Assembly: GCA_028534125.1 (NCBI GenBank)
Contig: CM052816.1
Location: 52,888,001 to 52,952,000 of the forward strand
DNA from: Lama glama
Lineage: Eukaryota
Length of the DNA stretch: 64,000 nucleotides
Reading direction: 5' to 3'
In this document: positions 52,740-64,000 of the stretch, piece after piece
Position numbering within the stretch: position 1 is the stretch's first letter
Layout: every line of letters starts with the position of its first letter
Made by a program: the position numbers and the translations under genes
The notes under the pieces: model-generated
Databases searched by the model: none
Told to the model about the DNA's origin: nothing
What the model saw: the letters and a program-made list of their open reading frames with translations, nothing else

Positions 52740-53330
52740 AAAATTTTTGTGAAATATACCGTACCTCCACAATAGTGTATATATTTTTATGTGCTCTTTA
52801 AAGAAGAAGAATAGAAAAATAGCTCCATACATACTATCCATCTTAAGACATAGAACATTACTAGTACCTTAGAAGTTGCCTTTCTATCTCTCCCTGAGTA
52901 TGCCTGTTTCCCTGTCCACCATAAGTAATCATATGTAGAAACTTTGTTAACCATTCGATGCTTCTAGTAATTGTTTTATCATGTATGTATCTCTAAGCAA
53001 TATATTGTCTAATTTTGTCTGCTTGTATAATTAATGTAAATAAAAACATACATATTTAGTCTTGTATGTTTTGCTTTTCTGTTCAACATGTTTTTGAGAT
53101 TTATCATCCATTGATATACAAAGCTGTAATTCATTCAGTTTTGCTGCTCTGTAGCGTTCCTTTGTATAAGTAGACCACAATTTAGTTATCCATTCTACTA
53201 CTAATGGATATTTGGGCTATTTCCCATTGTTTGTCTTTTTATGAACAATGGTGCTGTGAACCTTTTTATTCACGTCTCCTGTGCAAATGTGCACAAGCTT
53301 CTCTAGAATTTAAACCTAGAAGTGGAGTTT
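52740..53330 (-). mobile_element. Old L1ME 3' end
   Basis: ttatccattctactactaatggatatttgggctatttcc...ctgtgaac antisense L1 motifs. Confidence 0.7.
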
Positions 53331-53879
53331 TAGTATTCATCAAAATAGTTAGATTAAGAAATCAAAGCAGTGTCAAACCACAGTATTCACAGAACATATA
53401 TATGATGATGATGATGATGATAATTTCCTTCCTGGATAATGACAAAATAGGGAAATCTCATGCTTTGCTTACTAGTTCTGGCTTCAGAACATTATTTAGT
53501 ATCACCAGTCTCACAGGAGGAAATTCCAAGAAACCTAACACAAGTCCCCAGGTTTTTCCAAACAGAAGACAAGAGCTAAGATGATAAAGACTCAATGAAG
53601 GGGTTTACTAATTGTTGGTAGTTTTGCCAGGTGATCTAGAAAGAACTGAAGTCTGACTGTTACCAGAAAACTTGGGGCTGGATAGGAGAAAGAAAGCTTG
53701 ACTTCTAAGCTTCTTCCTATGTATACATGGCTGTATGGTCTTGAGCAAATCAGGCAATCTCAATGGTTCTGTTTTCATGTCCAGAAAATACTAAGTTTGG
53801 ATTCAGTGACCCTTGGGTCACTTTCTGCTCTAAAATTCTTGATTCAGTGGTTTTTAAGTTCCTTTGGAAATAACAGCTT

Positions 53880-53899
53880 TGCTCGCCCCCTAGTGGTGT
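53880..53899 (-). promoter_or_regulatory. CTCF-binding motif
   Basis: Minus strand CACCACTAGGGGGCGAGC matches the core CCASYAGRKGGCR. Confidence 0.7.
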
Positions 53900-54094
53900 C
53901 CTCTGGCATTCCAACTGGGATAACCAGTTTAAAATGGTGGTTATTGCCCCTCAAAAACTTCCCTGCACAATGTATTTTAGGCATTATAATTAAAGGGCAA
54001 GAAAATTAAAGGAAGCTCTTTGTGAAGTTATTAAATTTTTTGAAAGAACACAGAAATAAAAAGATATTTTTCACTGACAAGAACTAACATTTGG

Positions 54095-54307
54095 TTGAAA
54101 AAACAATTGATCAATGAGGAAATCAAAGCTGAAATTAAAAAATACCTTGAGACAAATGATAATGAAAGCACAACCACTCAAAACCTATGGGACACAGCAA
54201 AGGCAGTGCTAAGAGGGAAGTTTATAGCGATACAGGCCTTCCTCAAAAAAGAAGAACAATCTCAAATAAACAAGTTAACCCACCACCTGAATGAATTAGA
54301 AAAAGAA
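54095..54307 (+). mobile_element. Young L1 ORF2 internal fragment running into an assembly gap
   Basis: INEEIKAEIKKYLETNDNESTTTQNLWDTAKAVLRGKFIAIQAFLKK is the L1 ORF2 segment following the endonuclease domain, uninterrupted. Confidence 0.93.
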
Positions 54308-54807
54308 NNNNNNNNNNNNNNNNNNNNNNNNNNNNNNNNNNNNNNNNNNNNNNNNNNNNNNNNNNNNNNNNNNNNNNNNNNNNNNNNNNNNNNNNNNNNN
54401 NNNNNNNNNNNNNNNNNNNNNNNNNNNNNNNNNNNNNNNNNNNNNNNNNNNNNNNNNNNNNNNNNNNNNNNNNNNNNNNNNNNNNNNNNNNNNNNNNNNN
54501 NNNNNNNNNNNNNNNNNNNNNNNNNNNNNNNNNNNNNNNNNNNNNNNNNNNNNNNNNNNNNNNNNNNNNNNNNNNNNNNNNNNNNNNNNNNNNNNNNNNN
54601 NNNNNNNNNNNNNNNNNNNNNNNNNNNNNNNNNNNNNNNNNNNNNNNNNNNNNNNNNNNNNNNNNNNNNNNNNNNNNNNNNNNNNNNNNNNNNNNNNNNN
54701 NNNNNNNNNNNNNNNNNNNNNNNNNNNNNNNNNNNNNNNNNNNNNNNNNNNNNNNNNNNNNNNNNNNNNNNNNNNNNNNNNNNNNNNNNNNNNNNNNNNN
54801 NNNNNNN
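54308..54807. other. Assembly gap (500 N)
   Basis: N run. Confidence 0.99.
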
Positions 54808-57800
54808 TTTTTTGTCTTTCTGTTGTCTTCTTAACAGTAGAGTTAACTTGAGAAATCTTTTTCTAGGCTTTTATCTGTTCACCTGACTCTCACAGAGACA
54901 GCCCAATTGAAGGGACAAAAAATGAGCTTCAAATCAGAGAAGCTAAATTTTAGTTCTGGCTCTGACCTTGGGTAAGCCACTTGAGGTCTCTGAGACTTAT
55001 CTTTTTCTATAAAATGGAGGTTTTGAAAATAGCAGTAGCTTCTCCTCCCCGCCCCCACCCAGTGCTGTTCTGATGATTGAGTGTGTAAATTCTCCTTAGT
55101 GGCTACGAAGTTATTTCCAAATGTTAATAATTGTTTTTCATATCTTTAGTCTTTTTCTAAACAGACTTACCAATCTCATCTTTATCAAGTAGCAGGTTTT
55201 GATGATTTTACCCCCAAACTCTCAAATCCAGCTCGCTCTTTGTAAGTTCTGTCTCTTCTGCCCTGGATTCCACAAGGACTATTCTATGGCCCCACCTCTC
55301 CCTAAACCCCACCCCTGACTCTCTTCCAGCTCCAGTTAAATGACTCCACCACCAGGGTGAATTTTCTCACCTGAAAATGTAGTCACGCGTCCCTGGTGCT
55401 CAGTGTTCTTTATGGCAGCTAATAATCCACAGAATAAAATCTCGATTCCTTCACCATCCACCCCTGCCTACCTGTCCAGCTGGATCTTCTGCTGGTCCTC
55501 TCTTGCCCTTCACAGACTCATAAGTCCATGATTATCTTTTTTTCCTGCCTCCATGTATTAGCATATTTATTCCTCCTGCCTAAAATGTCCTCCTCCTCCT
55601 GCTCAGCAACTCGAGTACAATTTTTCTGCAAAATCTTCTCACCTATTCAGGCCAAATTCTACTTACTCTTCACATCTTAGTTCAAAATGTCTCCCTTTCA
55701 CGTGCTCCCTTTGCTCTTTGTTGCAATCTTTGCAGCTTTCACTGAACATGCTGTTCCTCTTCTAGAATGTCGATTCCTAAAGAGGGTTGATCATGTCTTT
55801 CCATGTTGCACAATGCCTGTACCTAGCAAACGTCTAACTTTTTTTTGGTGCATGAATGATTATTTTCTGGTATTCTTAACCCTGGACCAGTTTCATTTTA
55901 TAAATTTAATTTTTTAATTTTTATAAGTTTTAATCATTTCTGTATACCAGTTTAGCCTCCTTGTTTTACTATCATGTAAGTAATTATAACAGCCTTCTCT
56001 TGGGATAGCTTTACTGCATCAAATACAACATTCTGGCTTAAGTTAGGGTTTTCATAATGATAAGGAACAAAGAATTACTCAGGCTAACTCAGGGAAGGGG
56101 TGGGGGGGCGGTTGTTCTGAAGACTCTGCAGAGATATTGCAGGGATCTCACAGGAAGCCCAAGGGAAATGTGGCTTGTATGGAGCAGTTTCTTGGTCTCC
56201 TGTCATGTCTTCACATCATTCTATGTATGTCATCTACTCACTCTCTCCCAGCTCCATCTGTTTCCAATTTCCTGATAACTTGCCTATGAATTTTGGCTAC
56301 CAGTCAAGTCCCTGGCATCCTTTCACCCTTTGCCCCCACTGCTTCCTCTCTTTTTCTCAAATTTCAGATCCACAAGAGAGGACTCTAACTGACACAGCTC
56401 AACTACTTGGGCCAAGCCACATTCATTCATTCATTCATTCAATATTGATGGAATAAGTAATGTATGCTTGGCACTCTTCTAGTTGCTGGGGTAAAAGCAG
56501 TGGAAGAGACAGATGAAAATGTCTGCTGTTACAGAGCTTCCATCCTGTTAGCCACAGACAGGTCCCTGAAGTGGCTATCCCTAGATCAGAGGCCACTTTT
56601 CAGCACCAGCATCTACGGTTGGAGGTGAAGAGGCAGGGGCATGTGGTAAAAAATGTGGACACCTGGTCAGCCAAAAAATAAGCAGGGCAGATTCCCCCAA
56701 AGGAGGTGTATGCAGGCACAGAGGGACTTCAGGGCAATTTTAGTTGGAATCTTTCCTTTATTACTCAAATTTCCTGAGTTTATTCTCCTTCACTTCTTAA
56801 ATACCTCATATATTGTCTTAAAAACATTCTTTTAATCTTTTCTTTGATTCGTTCAAGGCTACCATGATATCTGAGAGCATTCTTACATCTACTAAGTATG
56901 TGTCATCTTGAAAGTAATTTGGAAAGAAATTACTTAAAGAAAATCTAGGGTTTGTAATTTTTTAATACGTAAAGAGTGTATCCCGAGGCAGGATGGATAA
57001 CTTTTTATTCTTGATTTAAGTGTATCACCTCACTTTGCAACTAATAAATACTGTTATTCCCATTTCTATCTATAGTTAGAGAAAAAGGAAATGACTTTAG
57101 AAACCTTTAGTACCAGACCCTAAACTCCACTAAATTCCATCTTTCTTCGTGAGTCTGCCTGTCTCTGTGGGCTCACTATGTGCGCATGAATAGGTGGGTT
57201 TGTCTGTGCACAAGTCTATGTGGCTTAGAATTCTCCCAGTCCCTTGGCAGCTCCATCTCTACTTCTTTGTTGTTCATCTTTCTCTCTGTCTTCCTCTCCT
57301 GCCTCTCTGTCTTGTTCTCACTCCTCTTCCACACCCCCTGAGTCTGTTGTCTCCCTTAATTAAGTAGGACATTGAGCTGAGGGCAATGTTTTTTACTGGT
57401 GCCACCATTTCATTGGGCTGGAACTGGAGATGAGTCCCTCAGGACTGGATTACCATTTGGTAGCAGGCCGAAAATTCGGTTAGCTGTCAACAGGTGAGAA
57501 GTAATGACCCAGCCAGAGGCCAAAATTGGAAGACTTTTTTCTTGTTAGCCTTTAACGTAACTATAGCTAAGTATCCTATTCTACAATCCTCTGCTTAAAC
57601 TAGTCCAGGTTCACTTAGGCCCACACAGATTAAATTTGCCATAAATCTTCTCTTAGAATCAGCAGTCTACAGAGATATCCTGGTTCCAGAACTGTAGACT
57701 TCAGAGCAATTTTTTATAAAGAAATTCTTATAAGCAGTTTCCACTCTATTTTTAAGCCCTAAGTGGATCTATAACTATTTGCTTAGGACTTCTAGAAAGA

Positions 57801-58094
57801 AAACATTCAGTTAATTTCTTGAAACTTCCCTGTTTCTGTTTCTGACCTCATATTTTGGGCCTCATAGCAAAAGAGAGAGACAGAGAGAGAGAGAAAACAA
57901 TTTTTAGCATAACCTAGACCTGAATGGAAATCCTAAGAACATACTCTTTCAGGCAACAGGTAATTCTACCACTACGGACTAACTTATTCCAATTTCTTCC
58001 AGCCTCGTATTGATTTTTATACCTTCACTTGCCATCTATCTGTTATTGTTTCCAACAGCTTTAGTAGAATTCCAAAATCTTTTTTTAACTTGCC

Positions 58095-58507
58095 TTTTTT
58101 TAAATTTTGTTTTTTAATTGAAGTGTAATTGACTTACAATATTAGTTTCAGTTGTACAGCAAACGTTTTAGTTATACAGATAAATATTCTTTTTCAGAGT
58201 CTTTCCCACTATAAGGTATTACAAGATATTGAATGTAGTTCCCTGTGCTATGCAGAAGGCCTTTATTGTTTATCTACTTTCTATAGTACTATGTATCTGT
58301 TAGTCCCAAACTCTTAATTTATCCCTCCCCTGTCCTTTCCCCTTTGGTAACCATAGTTTGTTTTCTACGTCTGTGAGCCTGTTTTTGGTTTGTAAATAAG
58401 ATGTATCATTTTTTTTAGATTCTGCATATAGGTGGTATCATATGGTATTTGTCTCTGTCTGACTTACTTCATTTAATGTGATAATCTCTAGGTCCATCCA
58501 TATTGCT
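58095..58507 (-). mobile_element. L1 3' end (artiodactyl type)
   Basis: T-rich tail, then tagttccctgtgctat...ggtaaccatagtttgttttc...ctaggtccatccat; reverse complement of the 3'UTR seen at 29340-29650. Confidence 0.88.
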
Positions 58508-59424
58508 TTAAAGAAACTCACTTTGAGAGTGATATCAGACCTTCCCTCTCTTGTTCTAAAACATTTTTCATTATGTCAAAATAACCAGAGTTTTCAAATA
58601 ATTTGTTTGCTTTTTCAACAAACATTTAGCCAACAACAATCCAACTAGGGCTGGATACTGGGAAGCTAAGTAAAACAGACAACTATCCTGGCATTCATGG
58701 AGTTTATGTCCTAGTGAAGATGGGGGAGACAATAAACAAAGTAACTAACAGTTATGTACTGTGGAGAAAGGTGAAGTTCTGTGGGAAAAATAGAGGAAGG
58801 CAGGTGGATAGGCAGTGGGAATCGCAATATTTAAGTAGCCAGGTAGGCTGAGTCTTTTGAAACAGTTTCATGTTTTCTCCTCTTAGCTTAAAGGAAAGAA
58901 ATGTCCATTTATAATCCTCCCAACTGTAAAAAGGTGAAATAGTATTTTTAATTGCTTTTGTACTTCTACACCCTTGATTAAGTATTTGCTGTGGCTCTGT
59001 CTTCTGCCAGGAGGAAAAAAATACTAAACCAGAGTTTATGGTTTGCTGGTTGTCTGCAGCTGCTTCACTTGATTGCCTTATAGGAACATTCTACCTTCTG
59101 AAGTGAATGGCAATCTTGGGCATCAGAAGCCCTATCTCTTAGAGTTGATGATCCCACAAAAAGAGAGTACAGTACTCTAGAATCTCTGGGACCAAAAACC
59201 TCTGGCGAAGCCCCCTGATTTTAGTTATTTCAGACAAATGCAGAAAAATCTTACATGCATTCACATCCAATAACAGTACTAAGCAACTATAAATATTTGT
59301 GGATTAATGTAGCATGTAATTGTCATTGTTTTCCCACATATGAATATGGGCTTGAATTCCCTTGAGCATGATTCTTACCAGCCAGATTAGTCATAGGGCA
59401 TCTGACCAGCTGGCAGTCAGCCAA

Positions 59425-59604
59425 ACCAGCACTTCTTCACCCTGGCTGTAACTAGAATCATCTCTTAAAATTACCAACACATGGGCCCTTGACTCCAATT
59501 AAATCAGAATTAATTTGGAGGGTGTGGCCCAGGCATCAGTATTTGTTCTTTAATTCCAATTACACAAGGGATTCTAATGCATAGTCAGGGCCAGGAACCT
59601 CTGC
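59425..59604 (+). mobile_element. MER5-like hAT MITE
   Basis: ccaattaaatcagaat...ggcccaggcatcagtatt...gattctaatgcatagtcaggg. Confidence 0.65.
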
Positions 59605-60369
59605 ACCTCGTCTGTCAGCCTCCTGGTCAGCACTGCTGAGGGTCTCCGATGGTCATTAGCGATCTGCTACCTCCAGAGAGACCTGTGCTTTCACCTCACT
59701 CGCTTTTTCTTTCAATTACTTTCCTCCCTTCCCTTTACTTCTTGCCCACTTCTTTTCTGCTTCTGCCTCAGGCCTGCCAGCAGTACCTGGTAAGGTTGTT
59801 TGGCCCTGGTGGGCCAGCGCTGGGCTAGGTTTTCAGCTCTCTGATGCAAAACACACTGATCTAATTACCTGCAGATCGCCCAGTCATCAGTTCTGCAGCT
59901 GTCTCTGTGCTTCTCTGGGGCCCCTCCACCCCCTGCCAGCCTGGCTGCCCTCCATGGCTGGTGCTACACTCGGGGCCGGCCCCCAAGATGGCATGCTTTG
60001 GCCTTCAGAATTCCTGTTGAATTCCTGTTGAATATGCACTATCGTAGCATCTGAATATGCTCTTGGTGTACATAAGGCATGTCATCATCTGGCTCTCCGA
60101 CCTTACTCCCCACCACCGCTACCACAGTTCTCCACACACACCCACACCCACACATCCCCTTACATTATCACATTTTCCTACATATACCTGTTTGTTTCTT
60201 TCTTCAGTCTGGAAACTTCCTCATTCTTCCCGTTCCTAACTCAATTGTTGCTCCCGTAAGAAGTCGTTCTAACTCCTCAATTATAGTGTTGTTCCCAGTG
60301 TATCATGACAACTTATGTGCTTATGTTCCTGGCTCAAGGCAGAGGCTGGGTCTTTATCATACATATTTT

Positions 60370-60556
60370 AATTTTAATTTTTAAAAATATTTTTATTTAT
60401 TTATTAATACTTTACTTATTATATTATTTAATTATTTTATTTTGTCAGGGGAAGGTAATTTGGTTCATTTATTTTTAGAGGAGATACTGGGGATTGAACC
60501 CAGGACCTCGTGCATGCTAAGCATAGGCTCTACCACTTGGGCTATACCCTCCCCCC
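60370..60556 (-). mobile_element. Camelid tRNA-derived SINE (Vic-type)
   Basis: Minus: ggggggagggtatagcccaagtggtagagcctatgcttagcatgcacgaggtcctgggttcaatcccc, AT-rich tail; degenerate TSD ctttatcatacata / ctttaccgtacaaa. Confidence 0.9.
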
Positions 60557-60637
60557 ACTTTACCGTACAAATTTTAAAAGAGATAATAGCTTCTCGGTAA
60601 ATACTGAATGGAAGAAAGACTGAATGGACCCATAGAC

Positions 60638-60935
60638 TCTGGATGGCAAACTACAGCTTGCCTGTGGACCACATCCGGCCCATCGCCTGTTTTTGTAACT
60701 TAAGTTTTATTGAAACACAGCTACATCTTTTGGTGTATGTATTGTATGAATACACCCATTTGGATGTAAGAATAAAGTTTTATCAAAACATAACCATGCT
60801 CACATGTGTTGTCCGTGGTTGCTTTAGTGCTGCCCAGGCAGACTTGAGCAGTTGCCATAGAGCCCACATAGTCCCCAGAGCCTAAAATATTTACCATCTG
60901 GCCTTTTGCAAAAAAAGAAAATGTGCAGACCCCTC
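60638..60935 (+). mobile_element. MER58A/B hAT MITE
   Basis: ggcaaactacagc...catccggcccatcgcctgtttttgtaa...gcctaaaatatttaccatctggcc...gacccct. Confidence 0.8.
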
Positions 60936-60964
60936 ACTTAAAAGAAACCTGAGAAATCTTCTAT

Positions 60965-61546
60965 TGTATTGTGTCCAGTAGAAAGATAATGCAAACCACA
61001 TAGGAAATTTTAAATTTCCTAGTAGCCACATTAAAAAGAAGAAAAGAACATAGAAAACAAACTTACGGTTACCAAAGAGGAGAAAGGGGTGGGAAGGGAT
61101 AAATTGGGAGTTGGAGATTAGCAGATACAAACTACTATATACAGAAAAGATAAATAACAAGCACCTACTGTATAGCGCAAGGAACTATATTCAATAGCTT
61201 GTAATAACCTATAAGGAAAAATATGAAAAAAAAATGTATAATGGAATCACTATGCTGTACACCAGCAACTAACACAACATTGTAAACCAACTACATACTT
61301 CAATTTAAAAAAAGGGAAAAGAAACATAAAAATAATTTGAGTAATATGTTTATTTAGCCCCAGATATCCAAAATGTTATCATTTCAACATGTAATTAATA
61401 TAAAAATTATATAATGAGATACTTTACACTTTTTGTAGTACTAAGTCTTTGAAATTGTATAGATATTTTATACTTACAGATCACCTTAATTTGGACTGGT
61501 GCTCAATAGCCTTGTCTGTAACTAATGATTATCTTATTGGACAGTC
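60965..61546 (+). mobile_element. MER33 interrupted by a short L1 3'-end insertion (61049-61310)
   Basis: tgtccagtag...ttttaaatttcctagtagccacattaaaaag then, after the L1, atatccaaaatgttatcatttcaacatgtaat...tattggaca; A-rich TSD-like flanks aaaaagaagaaaagaa / aaaaaagggaaaagaa. Confidence 0.8.
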
Positions 61547-62112
61547 CTAGGACAAATCCATCTGTTTATAGTTGAAGAAATTGGTCCAGAGAGTTTAAGA
61601 GTTTAAAGTCACATAGTGGAAGAATCAGGCACTAGACCTATCTGTCTATTCCTTGACTCTTGATCCTTCCACATTATATTGCCCTTTAGTCTTGTTATCT
61701 GTTGATTAGAAAAGATAATGATAAGAAGACACGGTTTCTAATTCTGTACAAGCATAAGTTGTGTGACTTTGGGATAGTTCTTAGCTTCCCAGGATTTTCA
61801 TTTTCTCGTCTCTAAATGCATTGGATTGAATGATCTTTAAGCTCTAATGTTATATGAACAATCAAACATATTGATTTGAAAACCAGAATACATGGCAGTC
61901 ATTTTGCCCAATAATTCTGTTCTTGAGAATCTGTGTGTAAATATGAATTCAAGACCACGTAGGTTGTCACCATAACTGAAAACTTTTAGAGGCCAGAATT
62001 TTAAATAATTCACTCATTCAAATTTGCATTTCAGTAATCAGAACCAAGCCTAAAACCTGATACACTTGTCACAGAACCTCTCACATCAGTGTTAGGTTCT
62101 TAAGAGATTTTG

Positions 62113-62330
62113 TTTGTTTGTTTGTTTTTAAAATTGTAGAATAGATAAACAAGATTACACTGTATAGCACAGGGAAATATATACAAAATGTTATGATAAC
62201 TCACAGAGAAAAAAATGTGACAATGAGTATGTATATGTCCATGAATGACTGAAAAATTGTGCTGAACACTGAAATTTGACACAACATTGTAAAATGATTA
62301 TAAATCAATAAAAAATGTTAAAAAAAAAAA
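62113..62330 (+). mobile_element. Short young L1 3'-end insertion
   Basis: Close match to 14870-15065; poly(A); TSD aagagattttg at 62102-62112 and 62329-62339. Confidence 0.92.
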
Positions 62331-62814
62331 GAGATTTTGGAAGTGGTCAGAGAAGACAATTGCTGAGCAGTGAAAAAGCAAAGGGACTGGTGTTAGGCCC
62401 CATCTCGGGCAGCAGAATAGTTTCCTTTCTCTGCTTACCAGCATCAGGGCTGTCATAAATGACAGAGAGGGTAGGACAGTCAGGAAATGGATCTGTCATA
62501 ATATCTACAGGAAATTAGGGGATAGAGAACTGTGCCCATGATTAGATAGTCAAATTTTATTTTGCAATACCAAATTTTATAACAGAATCAATACCTTTAT
62601 TAAACTTGTACACCAAATCACAAAAGAAACATAACAATGTAGAAGAAAGATTCAGAAATGAAAGTGAGTAGGCACCAGAGATGCATCTTTTTTCCAAGTT
62701 CGCCTAAGACCAGCTGTGTTCACTTTTAAACTTACTCACATCTTGCCCCTCCCTCACAACAGAAAAACATTTTTTTCCTTCCAGAGACACAAGATTACAG
62801 GAGAGGGCAAAAGG

Positions 62815-63020
62815 TATGTGCTTTGGAGTTAGACAGACCATGATATGAGCCCCAGATCCTCATTTTTAAAATTATATGGACTTAAAAAAATTATGTGGCC
62901 TTGGCACAAGTTTGTGTGTCAGTTTCCTCTGTAAAATGTGCATGAAAATAGTACTTGCCACATGGGACTGAAGATTAAATGAGGCAATATGGAAAAAGGT
63001 TTTAGTACAGTGAGTATCAC
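62815..63020 (+). mobile_element. MIR SINE
   Basis: gctttggagttagacagacc...tcagtttcctctgtaaaatg...gaagattaaatgag. Confidence 0.65.
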
Positions 63021-63055
63021 ATTTTCAGTTCCAAATTAATCTTTGATATTATTCT

Positions 63056-63312
63056 TTTTTAAAAAAAAGTTTATTGAAGTAAAAGTTTACAATGCTGTGT
63101 TAATTTCTGGTGTACAACATAATGTTTCAGTTATACATATGTGTTCATATATTTGTTTTCATATTCTTTTCCATTATAGGTTACTACAAGATATTGAATA
63201 TAATTACCTATGCTATACAGTAGAAACTTGTTGTTTATTTTATATATAGCAGTTAGTATGTGCAAATCTCAAACTCCCAATTTATCTCTTCCCACCCCCT
63301 TTCTCTCCTTTA
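63056..63312 (-). mobile_element. Short L1 3'-end insertion
   Basis: Reverse complement of the lineage L1 3'UTR; TSD gatattattct at 63045-63055 and 63313-63323. Confidence 0.88.
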
Positions 63313-64000
63313 GATATTATTCTCATTCTGAAAATAGGATTCAAGAAGCAGGAGAGAAACTACCAGTGTGCTATACCTGCAACTGGTTGTCCGTGTCTCA
63401 TGACTGGTCCACTACGTTTATGGAAATATTGATGGTATACATTCAATTGTGTACATGTAAATTAGTGTAACTAAAGCATTTCACAGGGAACCTGATTGTG
63501 CCATTGAATTCTCTGTCCTTAATGCCTCAAAATCAGTGACTGGGTAGCTGGGCATGATGGTGTGGAATCCCTGAGGGAAACTCACTGCACATTTTGCTGT
63601 TATTACTTGATAAGTAAGTTCTTCAGAATTCTAAAACTGAGTTTTGCTTCTTTATGGCAGTATTTCATCTTGATAAGCTTGTGCATTGATAGTTGACTAC
63701 AGAATGGTTTTGTTAATCTTCCTTTTTTCTGGGAAAAATGACATGGGAAGTTAAGTGCCTGCAGGTTTACATCCCATATTGGGAAACTTGCCCTCAGGCA
63801 CCAAGAGATTTTGTAAAACAATCTTCAGCATTTGTTCAGCCAGCAGAGAAGAGGTAGGTTCCCTTCCCAGCTGACTCATTGTTCAGAATGGATTTCCTGC
63901 AGAATTCAACTCACTCAGCATATTTGGAACTATTGGCCAGAGATCAAGATGACAGCCCCAGGGATTCCTTCCTGGGACATTTATCAAGGAAAACTCAGCC

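Noticed and set aside
1..64000. CRISPR arrays, operons, rRNA or other prokaryotic-type systems
   Set aside because: Eukaryotic intron/exon and retroelement landscape; no spaced direct-repeat array or rRNA-like sequence seen.

Overview
Mammalian genomic DNA, very likely camelid (two Vic-type tRNA-derived SINEs and artiodactyl-type L1 3' ends). The left half holds the 5' two-thirds of TENT2 (PAPD4/GLD-2, non-canonical poly(A) polymerase) on the minus strand. A CpG-island promoter lies at ~31.4-32.3 kb. Nine coding exons run from the ATG at 25665 to 260 (1027 coding nt, ~342 aa, all GT-AG, phases consistent), and the gene continues off the left edge. The right half is gene-free and repeat-rich (L1, L2, MIR, MER DNA transposons, MaLR/ERVL LTRs, SINEs), with a strong CTCF motif and a nuclear-receptor/E-box motif cluster. 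I found no new protein-coding system. The most unusual observations are: (1) a TSD-flanked L1 with both ends and ORF1 but almost no ORF2 (HAL1-like), nested in an old L1MA in a TENT2 intron; (2) a cryptic poison exon that this L1's 5'UTR offers to TENT2; (3) a SINE apparently carrying a ~100-nt 3' transduction plus A32; (4) an out-of-frame overlapping uORF and hairpin at the TENT2 start codon. There are two 500-N gaps, and the first is probably spurious. Repeat subfamily names come from recalled consensus motifs, not from a database search.
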